From: a virus
DNA length: 64,000 nt
Virus record (IMG/VR): IMGVR_UViG_3300031369_000001
Span: 1 to 64,000 of that record
Direction: 5' to 3' (one strand)
Position 1 is the stretch's first letter. Each line of letters begins with the position of its first letter. The notes under the pieces are model-generated. The model saw only the letters and a program-made list of their open reading frames with translations. It was not told the DNA's origin and ran no database searches. Positions 47,133 to 55,430 of the stretch are shown here, piece by piece. The translations under genes and the position numbers were made by a program.

Positions 47133-50100
47133 TTATTATGCCGTTAACTCCTGATCAAATATTAGAAATCCAAGATATAATTGAATTACATCATAATGCA
47201 TTTATAGCTAATACAATTGGTCATGATGCGTTACCTGATGAAGTAATTGATGAATTACGAGATAAAGGATTATTGAATAAAGAATCTAAAGACCTTATTA
47301 AGAAGATATATGAATACGGTCAAGTGCTTGGTAAATTGAATAGTCCCCAAGCTTCACAGATGTCCTATAATAGATTTGAAGATTATATTCAAAAAAATCC
47401 ACAACCGTTAACGCAAATGCAACAACGAGCTGTTCGTATGGCCCAAGTGAATGCCGGTCAGTATTGTATGGGATTAGGAAATATAATTGAAAAAGATACG
47501 GGAAGAACTTTAATAGAAGCAGATCAAAGATTTAGAATTGCATATGAGGATAAAATAAAAAATCTTACTGCTTTAAATGCTGCAAGAAGAGAGAGTATTG
47601 AAAAGCTTAGAAGTGATTTAGGTTGGTCTACAGGGGATTGGGCTAGGGATATGAAACGAATTGCTGTAACTGAAATAATGTATTCAACGCAGCAAGGACA
47701 AGCGGATTACCTTAGAAAGAAATATGGAGAAGATGTTTTTGTTGCACGTATTCCTAATCCAGGGGCGTGTAAGCATTGTATTCGTTTACATATTGGTCCA
47801 GATGGGCAGCCTAGAATATTTAAATTATCTACTTTAGAGGAACATGGTAGTAACGTAGGACGAAAACAAAATGATTGGCAAGCTGTAGTTGGCCCAGTTC
47901 ATCCTAATTGTGTATGCAACATGATTAGTGTTCCAAAGGGATGGGGATTCAATGAAGAAGGAGACTTGCTTCCAGGAGGTAAGTTAGGGGAAATATATTA
48001 TGAACCAGAAGAATTAGAAAGGGCTTTAATTGAAGAAAATCTTTTTTATAAATCTTTAAAGGCTAAGGTTAATATAGTTTTCCAAGGAATTCCTATTGTT
48101 ATTGAAACTCCAAAAGGAGATAAGCGAAAATGGATTAATGGAGATGGTTCGATAGGGGAAACCATTATGCAGGAAGCTTCTTATGGATTCGTAAAAAATA
48201 CTACTTCTATGGATGAAGAAGAATTAGATGTATTCGTTGGACCATTTAAAGATTCACCTGTAGTTTATATAATTGATCAAAAGAATCCGGATAATGAACT
48301 ATATGATGAACAGAAATGTATGCTTGGTTTTCGAAATGAAGAACATGCATTAAATGTATATAGAATGAATTACGATAATCCAGATAAATTTATTTATGAC
48401 TGTAGTTCGATGGATATAGAAGCCTTTAAGAGATGGTGTGGGATAGGTATTATTCGAGAAGAAATATATAAAGCCTTATTCATAGGACCTAAAGGTGGTA
48501 AATGGGCAAATGCTGAACATACCATACCTTATCAAGATCCTAGTTTAGCAATGAGAAATAAAGCTAGTAATTTTTATGATGGATTGATTAGTTGGGTAAA
48601 GGATAATAAAGATAATTTACAATTTGATTCAAATGGAAATGTTTATATACAGGCAAATCAATTTACAAATGATAAAAATTTATCGCATTTACATATACTG
48701 ATTACTCCTAAAGGAGTTTTTAGAGGCAATGGTATTGGTAAAACTAGTGATGGGAAAGATGTATTAGTGTTAACTAATTTAAGAAATCCATATGATACTA
48801 CTTATTTAGACACTAGAATAACTAGTAGAGTTATTATACACGAAATATCTCATTATCTTAATGCTGGATACGATAAAGTTCATAATATAGTAACTGAGCA
48901 TGGTAAAGAATATTATAATCAATCTGTCGAATTTGATGCATTTTGGAATGAAGGTGCTGGGGAATTGGAAAGATTTATTCGTAATTTTAAAGACACAAAT
49001 CAACATCATATATTTGAAAGGATAGTAGGAAATTCTCCTGATTTTAAGTACTTTAATAGTAAAGTAAAATCTTTTTGGGATAAAACCTTTTTGAATAGTT
49101 TAACAGAAGCTAATAAGAAAAAATTTGATAAAAGATTATATAGATTATGGGATGATTTAAAAAGCAATATCTATAAATCTAATTACGATTTATCCCCTGG
49201 TCCAGGTTCTGGATTGAATTTCTTTTTAGGTACTAATGTAAATAAACCGAATAGTGGAGGAACTATTCGATATAAAGAAGTATTGGAATTAGGTAAAGAG
49301 GAATTAGAAAAACGTAAAAAGCAAAAAGGTAATAAAGGTATTTACGGGGATATAGAGGATTATCAATTTGGCGAAAACATTATACCGGTTAAAGAATTGA
49401 TAATTCCTGAGACCGTAAAAGAGTCTAAGAAAGAAGCACGGAAGAAAAATAAGGATGTGAATAAATTTGTACTTACTAGAAGATTAAAATGGAAAAAAGG
49501 AAATGTAAATAATTTAAATAAATCATTGTTCATTGGTCCACGTGGAGGTAAATGGGCTGATTCAGAACATACTATACCTTGGAAAGAAGAAGTATCAACA
49601 AATGGTAAATTTGTTGATACTAACGATAGTGCTTTAAGTAACGTATTGGCGGAATTGTTGGGAAAAAATATTCATTTAGAAAAAGTTAGGGAAACAGATA
49701 AAGAGTTGTTTTATAGAGGGGGTAAGGAGTTACTTATTGGTGCTAAGAAGCTAATTAATGCTTTAAAAAATAAAGGATTTAAGGTAGAAATAATTCCGCA
49801 AGGAAAGAACCTTCCTATAGTTGTTTTGAATAAGCCAATAAAAAAAGAACCAATAAAGAAAGAACCAATAAAGAAAGAACCAATAAAGAAAGAACCAATA
49901 AAGAAAGAACCAATAAAGCTATCCAGTGATGAAGTTATAAAACAAGATAAAGTTTTAAAGGATAAAAAGATTTTTAACAAATTAAGTAGTGATTATGTTA
50001 ATAGGATTAATAATATTTACAAAGTATTAAAAGACGATAAAGATTTTAAATACTTTGTAAAATCTATTGGTCATACTAATGTAAAAGATACTATTGAATA

Positions 50101-50683
50101 CTTAATTAATAAATGGAATGAGACAGGAAGTGACCATGATATACATTTAATTATTTTACAAAAAGCTGCGATGGATGAGTTTGGATTGGATAGTGGGACG
50201 ATTAAACATTTTGATAAGAAGTTATTAAATAAGGTACATAAAATACCTAAAACTGTTATGGGGGCAAGAAAATTTATAAGAGCGCAGTATAGTCTTACAC
50301 AAGAATATCTAAAAAAACAGGGGATATCGGAAATTATTCTGTTTAGAGGAATGCAACTTAAAAAGATTAAAAGTGATGGTAGGTCTAAAGAGATTGAAGT
50401 TACTTCCCAACCTCTATCTTCTTGGTCTACTTCTTTTTCAGAGGCTAAAGATTTTTCTGTAAGGGGGGCAGTTGGTAGTTCTTCTTTTTCTAGTGTTTTA
50501 TTGTCTAAAAAAGTTCCTATAGAACAAATATTTTCTATACCAAAGGTTGGTATAGGTGAAAGTGATGAACAAGAATGCGTTTTACTTGGAAATAAGAAAG
50601 ATCCTGAAAAAGTGATTTCTTTAGCTGCTGATTATCATTATATGTATAATATTAATGTAAAACAATTATATGGAGAAAAGTAA
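47129..50683 (+). CDS. MuF (head morphogenesis) polyvalent protein: MuF + InPase-like + zincin + C-terminal ADP-ribosyltransferase
   Basis: MuF RIA.TE, ACKHC, PVHPNCVC. InPase IETPKG..R, YG, D.EELDVFVG, DQ, DEQK..LGF. Zincin HEISH..Y....E..A. ART LFRG, PLSSWSTS..A..F, EQE.V. Confidence 0.85.
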   Translation: MIIMPLTPDQILEIQDIIELHHNAFIANTIGHDALPDEVIDELRDKGLLNKESKDLIKKIYEYGQVLGKLNSPQASQMSYNRFEDYIQKNPQPLTQMQQRAVRMAQVNAGQYCMGLGNIIEKDTGRTLIEADQRFRIAYEDKIKNLTALNAARRESIEKLRSDLGWSTGDWARDMKRIAVTEIMYSTQQGQADYLRKKYGEDVFVARIPNPGACKHCIRLHIGPDGQPRIFKLSTLEEHGSNVGRKQNDWQAVVGPVHPNCVCNMISVPKGWGFNEEGDLLPGGKLGEIYYEPEELERALIEENLFYKSLKAKVNIVFQGIPIVIETPKGDKRKWINGDGSIGETIMQEASYGFVKNTTSMDEEELDVFVGPFKDSPVVYIIDQKNPDNELYDEQKCMLGFRNEEHALNVYRMNYDNPDKFIYDCSSMDIEAFKRWCGIGIIREEIYKALFIGPKGGKWANAEHTIPYQDPSLAMRNKASNFYDGLISWVKDNKDNLQFDSNGNVYIQANQFTNDKNLSHLHILITPKGVFRGNGIGKTSDGKDVLVLTNLRNPYDTTYLDTRITSRVIIHEISHYLNAGYDKVHNIVTEHGKEYYNQSVEFDAFWNEGAGELERFIRNFKDTNQHHIFERIVGNSPDFKYFNSKVKSFWDKTFLNSLTEANKKKFDKRLYRLWDDLKSNIYKSNYDLSPGPGSGLNFFLGTNVNKPNSGGTIRYKEVLELGKEELEKRKKQKGNKGIYGDIEDYQFGENIIPVKELIIPETVKESKKEARKKNKDVNKFVLTRRLKWKKGNVNNLNKSLFIGPRGGKWADSEHTIPWKEEVSTNGKFVDTNDSALSNVLAELLGKNIHLEKVRETDKELFYRGGKELLIGAKKLINALKNKGFKVEIIPQGKNLPIVVLNKPIKKEPIKKEPIKKEPIKKEPIKKEPIKLSSDEVIKQDKVLKDKKIFNKLSSDYVNRINNIYKVLKDDKDFKYFVKSIGHTNVKDTIEYLINKWNETGSDHDIHLIILQKAAMDEFGLDSGTIKHFDKKLLNKVHKIPKTVMGARKFIRAQYSLTQEYLKKQGISEIILFRGMQLKKIKSDGRSKEIEVTSQPLSSWSTSFSEAKDFSVRGAVGSSSFSSVLLSKKVPIEQIFSIPKVGIGESDEQECVLLGNKKDPEKVISLAADYHYMYNINVKQLYGEK
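48465..48537 (+). repeat. tag repeat B, copy 2
   Basis: 73/73 identical to 44032-44104. Confidence 0.95.
49529..49594 (+). repeat. tag repeat A, copy 2
   Basis: 63/66 identical to 40914-40979. Confidence 0.95.
49835..49918 (+). repeat. 15-bp tandem repeat CCAATAAAGAAAGAA x5.6 (PIKKE)
   Basis: Read directly; linker before the ART domain. Confidence 0.95.
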
Positions 50684-50898
50684 TGGTAATTAATATTGAT
50701 GAAGATTTAATAAATTCTGATTGGTTAAAAAGTAAATGGAATTTACCTCCATATAAAAGCTTTAAATTTATGGAGATATTGCATAGAGATAAAAAATCTT
50801 TAGATCAGTTTAAGCAATTACCTGTATATAAATGGGCAGTTAAAAATGGATTAATTAAAGATGATGAATGGACAGGTAGTGTAAATGAAGTGCCCTAA
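50683..50898 (+). CDS. small protein coupled to the MuF-ART gene (candidate immunity/partner)
   Basis: TAATG overlap directly after a toxin-like C-terminal domain. Confidence 0.55.
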   Translation: MVINIDEDLINSDWLKSKWNLPPYKSFKFMEILHRDKKSLDQFKQLPVYKWAVKNGLIKDDEWTGSVNEVP

Positions 50899-51085
50899 TT
50901 GTCGTAATCAAATAATCCAAAGAACTGATGATGGATTTAAATTACACGTAAAGGGGAGGATTATTTGGAAAGGAGATATATGTGAATCTAAATGTTATTG
51001 GTGTGGCGAACCCATTAAAGTGGCGTTGCCAGTTGATTTATCCAAAGCTATTAGGGGGAAAGAGCGTTATGTCATTAAGCGCTAA
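50885..51085 (+). CDS. small zinc-ribbon protein with LSKA site
   Basis: CPNC...CYWC; DLSKAI. Confidence 0.6.
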   Translation: MKCPNCRNQIIQRTDDGFKLHVKGRIIWKGDICESKCYWCGEPIKVALPVDLSKAIRGKERYVIKR

Positions 51086-51396
51086 TTGATTAGATATGTA
51101 GCGTCTCCCATCTCATACGTTAAAATGAATTGTAGTACGGCGGCTTCAGTGTTAAATTGATTATATAGTTCTTTAACGCTACTTTGATTGTCAATTTGGC
51201 TTTTAATCTCCATTAAACTATTTTCGTGGTAAAATGAAGAAATGAATGTATGTGGGAGTCTATATCCAATACCTAAGTATAGTGTATGGATACAAAATAG
51301 ATATAGCAAATCTTCATTTGACAGATAGATTCCTTCTTCTAAATCTTTCATGAGTTTTCGTGCTTTTTCGATTGACGATATTTTTTTATTTTTCAT
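51082..51396 (-). CDS. hypothetical protein
   Basis: GGAGG RBS; last gene of minus-strand operon. Confidence 0.6.
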   Translation of the reverse strand: MKNKKISSIEKARKLMKDLEEGIYLSNEDLLYLFCIHTLYLGIGYRLPHTFISSFYHENSLMEIKSQIDNQSSVKELYNQFNTEAAVLQFILTYEMGDATYLIN

Positions 51397-51634
51397 TTTT
51401 GGCCTCCATATTTGTTTTTAGGTTGTTTATATTCCATTGTTGTTCCGTTTCCCTTCTCATTTTATCTATTTCTTCTGAATAGATAACTTTGAAAATTGTT
51501 TCTTTTGATTCATATTCGTTTAGCCCCATACAGGCAGGGCACCGAATTATCCATTTACACGTTAAATCCTTATGGTTCGCCCACAAGTATGAAAATGGAG
51601 GTTTGTTGTGCTTTTTACAGTTATTCAGTTTCAT
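51386..51634 (-). CDS. Lar-like zinc-finger protein
   Basis: CKKH...IRCPAC...QWN. Confidence 0.5.
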   Translation of the reverse strand: MKLNNCKKHNKPPFSYLWANHKDLTCKWIIRCPACMGLNEYESKETIFKVIYSEEIDKMRRETEQQWNINNLKTNMEAKNEK

Positions 51635-51860
51635 AGCTCATATTATTCCAAAAAAAGATAACACGATCTACATCTTCTTTATGATTACTAAATATTTCTG
51701 AATAATTTGTGTATTGGAAATATTCTTTAATTGATATAGATGGTCCACGCATTAAGCACGACGGACATATTACGAATATATTTGTGCATGCTGGATTGAT
51801 TATTTGGTAATCTAATACTGGGTCGCTTTGACAAAATTGACATCTATTTATTTTTTTCAT
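51621..51860 (-). CDS. Lar-like (restriction alleviation) zinc-finger protein
   Basis: CQFC...VICPSC..RGP...WN; AAGGAG RBS. Confidence 0.6.
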   Translation of the reverse strand: MKKINRCQFCQSDPVLDYQIINPACTNIFVICPSCLMRGPSISIKEYFQYTNYSEIFSNHKEDVDRVIFFWNNMSYETE

Positions 51861-51863
51861 GAA

Positions 51864-52214
51864 TTACTCCTTATAATTTGGAAAATAATATTCGTCTTCT
51901 TCTCCTTGCGGATAAAAATCTGCGAAAGGTCTTCGATTGCCATTTTTTAGGGTGTTTTTTAGACACAATTTAATGTCTGCTATTCGATCGCATAGTGAAT
52001 AGATATATGTAAAATCATAGAATTGTTGTTTTGTTAATCCGTTTTGCAATTCATTTTTGTTTCGACAAGGTGGTATTCCCCAATCTCCATACAAACAACG
52101 ATCACTTAGCCTATATGCGCGAATTATCTCTTCGAGGCATTCTATGTATTCTCCTGCTAAAAAAAGAATACCCGCCCCTTTTATCGTTTCTTCTAGATCG
52201 TTTAGTTTAGTCAT
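51864..52214 (-). CDS. hypothetical protein
   Basis: AAGGAG RBS. Confidence 0.65.
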   Translation of the reverse strand: MTKLNDLEETIKGAGILFLAGEYIECLEEIIRAYRLSDRCLYGDWGIPPCRNKNELQNGLTKQQFYDFTYIYSLCDRIADIKLCLKNTLKNGNRRPFADFYPQGEEDEYYFPNYKE

Positions 52215-52476
52215 TTACCTGCTTCTCCTTGAAAAATGTTTTGATTTGGTTTTGGATTTGTTTACGATATTGTCCCCATGAATGGAAACAACCGTTTGCC
52301 CATTTTCTATTGGTAACTAGGTTGTCAATTATTATATTGGGATACGATCCTTTTTTTGGCCTACGGTTACTATATAGGACCATTTGATCTTTATAGATAA
52401 CTGTATATCGATATCTTTCTATATCTGGTGCCAGTAAGACATCGTATATGATGTCATTCATTGATCTTCTAGACAT
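52207..52476 (-). CDS. hypothetical protein
   Basis: AAGGA RBS before MSRRSM; ORF track starts at 52533. Confidence 0.6.
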   Translation of the reverse strand: MSRRSMNDIIYDVLLAPDIERYRYTVIYKDQMVLYSNRRPKKGSYPNIIIDNLVTNRKWANGCFHSWGQYRKQIQNQIKTFFKEKQVND

Positions 52477-52489
52477 GATTGTTTTGTCC

Positions 52490-52723
52490 TTATTTTGGGA
52501 TATTGAATTTAATGTAATCTTTATGAAATACACCTACACTATACCGTAAACTATCTAATGCTCGTTGGTAGGAAAGATCATAATTTGCTGGACGTATATT
52601 ACTAGTGTCATATAGGTATATAGCGTCTGCTAATGCTATTCTGGCAGATGATTCCATTTCTGGGAGCATTGCGATATGTTTTCGACAGGCGATGAATAAT
52701 TTTTGTATATTACGTTTTTTCAT
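52490..52723 (-). CDS. hypothetical protein, first gene after leftward sigma-54 promoter
   Basis: AAGGAGG RBS before MKKRN; SSAR..L.DA...RA..SL.YSVG..H.DY pattern. Confidence 0.7.
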   Translation of the reverse strand: MKKRNIQKLFIACRKHIAMLPEMESSARIALADAIYLYDTSNIRPANYDLSYQRALDSLRYSVGVFHKDYIKFNIPK

Positions 52724-52750
52724 TTTAATGGCCTCCTTACCTATAAACCT

Positions 52751-52767
52751 ATGCGAATAGTGTGCCA
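52751..52767 (-). promoter_or_regulatory. sigma-54-type -24/-12 promoter (leftward)
   Basis: Reverse complement TGGCAC-ACTAT-TCGCAT, GG-N10-GC. Confidence 0.7.
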
Positions 52768-52769
52768 AA

Positions 52770-53050
52770 AATTAAAAGTATTGATATGTTTAGGTTTTAT
52801 TAAAAAGTGGTATTAGTGTCTAAAAGTTCAAAAATAGAAGTTTTAGGTAAAAGCTAATGATTTTAAGTACTTAACTTTTTATATACTATTACTTTTTTGC
52901 GTATTTCTATATAAAATATGCATAGTTTATTAAATGGTTGTTTTACTTAAGTTTCTAGTGGTAAAATCTTAAAAATGTGGTTTAGCTATGCAAAGTTTTC
53001 ATAAAGCATTTAACTCCTATATTTATAAGTATTTGAATTTGTTAGATTTA
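52770..53050. promoter_or_regulatory. AT-rich divergent control region with enhancer-like TAYGCA boxes and IHF-like sites
   Basis: Boxes 52887-52903, 52907-52923, 52987-53003; IHF-like 52849-52872 and TAAGTATTTGAAT at 53026. Confidence 0.5.
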
Positions 53051-53056
53051 AATATT

Positions 53057-53073
53057 TGGCACACCGTTTGCAT
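53057..53073 (+). promoter_or_regulatory. sigma-54-type -24/-12 promoter (rightward)
   Basis: TGGCAC-ACCGT-TTGCAT, a full match to TGGCAC-N5-TTGCW. Confidence 0.8.
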
Positions 53074-53126
53074 TACCTTAGGGGTAGGAATGCGAAAAGC
53101 CGCAGCAAAGATAAAGGAGATATAAG

Positions 53127-53420
53127 ATGGTAAAATTAATACAGGACAATCTTTGGTTTTGTGACGACTGTTATATCGTGGCTGAAACAGGAGACACGTC
53201 ATCTTTTGACTATTATTACGGGCCTAAGGCGGAAGATAGAATACAAGAGATAGAGAAAGAATTATCTCTTTACGAAAAAGAAGGCCACATTGTTTCGGAT
53301 AATGACTCTGAAACGGGTGAAGGTATTGAAGAATTCTCGCATCGATACTGTGATTGTTGTGGCACAGGATTGGCAGGGGGACGGCACCGTATGGTATTAT
53401 TGGGGAATAACAAACAATAG
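53127..53420 (+). CDS. hypothetical protein (C..C...FS...CDCCG..LAG.RH pattern)
   Basis: AAGGAG RBS; first gene after promoter. Confidence 0.75.
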   Translation: MVKLIQDNLWFCDDCYIVAETGDTSSFDYYYGPKAEDRIQEIEKELSLYEKEGHIVSDNDSETGEGIEEFSHRYCDCCGTGLAGGRHRMVLLGNNKQ

Positions 53421-53438
53421 GAAAAGAAAGGAAAGAAA

Positions 53439-54206
53439 ATGACACCTCACGACAAAGTTGTTGAAATGTGCGGAAATTTTGACGAAAAATCAAAAGAAGA
53501 TTTGGCCATCAGAGCCGAACGACAACGGGAACGAGCTAACAAATGGATGGAACGTTATTTTCTCCTACGTGCAACATTAGAGCGTCAATTGGTTGAGCAA
53601 AAAAATGACGGTGAATTGCGCATAGCAGCTGCGATAGATGAATTGCAAAAAGGTGGTGAAAAATTTAACATTGAAATTGAGAAAATTAGAAAAGAGCTTT
53701 TTGCTGCTAGGCAAGAAACGCGCAAAATACGTGGGGAAAAAATTGAGGCTTATGAAAATGGGTGTAAAGAGGGATTTAAGCGGGCTCAAGAAAAATTTGC
53801 GCGTGAAATACGTATCGGTAAACGAGAAATCGCTCGTCAACGTAAAGAGCGTATTAGAATCAAAATCCATGCATTGTTGTGGGAGAGTGTCACTGGTATA
53901 GATGCTAATGGCGATTTAATTGACTGGGTTCGGCGTGCCATTAAGCGTCAAATTGACGCTCCAAATCATGTCGATGTTGTTGTTATTGAGGGTTCAAAAA
54001 AGCGAGAGAATAGTCAGCCAAAATTAGTCGGCAATTCAGGTTATTCCACAACCCCCTCGGGAAAAACAATCGTGAATTATCCAGGCGCATATGGCTGGAG
54101 TACAGTGTATCATCGCTCAACAGAACGAGTAGAAGTTGGGCGTAACTGGATTCGTAAAAATATTTATTATCTCGCAAAGTCTGAGGCGGAGATGAAGATA
54201 AAGTAA
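53439..54206 (+). CDS. coiled-coil hypothetical protein
   Basis: RBS; long ORF. Confidence 0.7.
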   Translation: MTPHDKVVEMCGNFDEKSKEDLAIRAERQRERANKWMERYFLLRATLERQLVEQKNDGELRIAAAIDELQKGGEKFNIEIEKIRKELFAARQETRKIRGEKIEAYENGCKEGFKRAQEKFAREIRIGKREIARQRKERIRIKIHALLWESVTGIDANGDLIDWVRRAIKRQIDAPNHVDVVVIEGSKKRENSQPKLVGNSGYSTTPSGKTIVNYPGAYGWSTVYHRSTERVEVGRNWIRKNIYYLAKSEAEMKIK

Positions 54207-54221
54207 TTTTTGTTTTCGGTA

Positions 54222-54247
54222 CTACACACAAAATTATTTGTGTGTAG
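54222..54247. terminator. hairpin CTACACACAAA / TTTGTGTGTAG
   Basis: Perfect inverted repeat in intergenic gap; function uncertain. Confidence 0.4.
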
Positions 54248-54285
54248 GATCGAGCACAAAAGCTCGTAAGAAAAGGGGGATTTAA

Positions 54286-54630
54286 ATGGAAAAAAGAATG
54301 ACATTGGAAGAAAAAATCAAAGAAATACAAGGTAAAGTTGATAGTAGTGCGCGGGTTTTGGCGTTTCAACGTGCTAAAACAAAAGCTAGTATGTATCAAT
54401 ACAAAGTCCAAGTTCCTTATACAATTATTACACAAAATGATCCTTTTGCTATTGCACAAGCGCTTAGATTGCACACAATGCAAGAAGTAATTTCTCTTGA
54501 ATCTTTGTATGCATCTAGACCACATCATTTTGTTCAAATAATTACGGATAGGGCCAAATTAGCAGATCAAATAGAGAAATGTGTTTCTGTAAAAGAGGCT
54601 CGCAAACTATTGATGGACAATTATACGTAG
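54286..54630 (+). CDS. hypothetical protein
   Basis: GGGGGA RBS. Confidence 0.6.
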   Translation: MEKRMTLEEKIKEIQGKVDSSARVLAFQRAKTKASMYQYKVQVPYTIITQNDPFAIAQALRLHTMQEVISLESLYASRPHHFVQIITDRAKLADQIEKCVSVKEARKLLMDNYT

Positions 54631-54641
54631 GAGGTTAGGTA

Positions 54642-54869
54642 ATGAATATCGAGACTAAAATAAATATTAATTATACAGTTACTGTGTCTAATAGATTTCG
54701 TAGAGCGGTTAATGCCTGGTATGGAAAAGTAGGCTTAGCTACTAATCGTCAAATTGTTAATTGGTTTAAAATGTATGGGGAATCTAATAGTGATGCAGTA
54801 ATGGAGCATTTAGCGATTATAGAATTGGAAAATAGAAATAAAAAATGTAGGAGGAATAATGCAAGTTGA
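54642..54869 (+). CDS. hypothetical protein
   Basis: AGGAGG RBS. Confidence 0.6.
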   Translation: MNIETKININYTVTVSNRFRRAVNAWYGKVGLATNRQIVNWFKMYGESNSDAVMEHLAIIELENRNKKCRRNNAS

Positions 54870-55068
54870 AATAAAAAATAAAGAAGATGTTCGTACATAT
54901 TTAATAGATGAATATTGTATGGATGATATGGAATGTTCTCAATTTTTAAACTGCATTAATGATAATTTAATTAGAGCTATATCTTCTAGTCATGTGTCTA
55001 TTATAGATTTTGTGGATGCCATGGTTAAATGGGGGAATATAAAAGTAATACGTTGTATAGGTATTTAA
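54859..55068 (+). CDS. hypothetical protein
   Basis: AGGAGG RBS. Confidence 0.6.
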   Translation: MQVEIKNKEDVRTYLIDEYCMDDMECSQFLNCINDNLIRAISSSHVSIIDFVDAMVKWGNIKVIRCIGI

Positions 55069-55207
55069 ATACTATAATACCTTTGTTTTTTTCTTTGTTT
55101 TTCTAAACTTTTGTGGTAGGGCATAATAAGGAAGTCAAAATGCCGGTAAAATTTGATGATGAAGAAGCAGTTTGTGGCGATTAACAGCAAGGAGGTTATT
55201 GGTGAAA

Positions 55208-55420
55208 ATGATGAAAAGAGTAGCAATTAAAGATCCTTATTTTTCATTAAAATGGGAAATTTTCCAATTGCCGGAAGAACAGCAAACGAAGTGGGAATTG
55301 ATGTATGAGGTGTCAGGTGGCTCACTTCTTTTTGAACGGATTCATGTTCTTTACCCACGTAAAATAAAGAATTTGGTAAAGGTAATTGATATCCTTTACG
55401 AGAAAATGGAAAGAGAATAG
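55208..55420 (+). CDS. hypothetical protein (MMKRVAIK)
   Basis: AAGGAGG RBS; start at 55202, 55208 or 55211. Confidence 0.6.
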   Translation: MMKRVAIKDPYFSLKWEIFQLPEEQQTKWELMYEVSGGSLLFERIHVLYPRKIKNLVKVIDILYEKMERE

Positions 55421-55430
55421 GAGGTTTTTC

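Noticed and set aside
40914-49594. Diversity-generating retroelement TR/VR pair
   Set aside because: No reverse transcriptase in the window. One pair is identical and the other differs only by three C/T changes, not adenine-specific changes on the coding strand.
41229-49980. Minus-strand ORFs inside the two polyprotein genes, including the FFIGS repeat ORF
   Set aside because: Antisense shadows of Lys/Glu-rich or repetitive coding sequence.
52724-52768. ORF-track N-terminal extension MAHYSHRF of ORF 52490 (and MSCEAT of ORF 13443)
   Set aside because: These extensions overlap the predicted promoter or leader; strong RBSs point to starts at 52723 and 13476.
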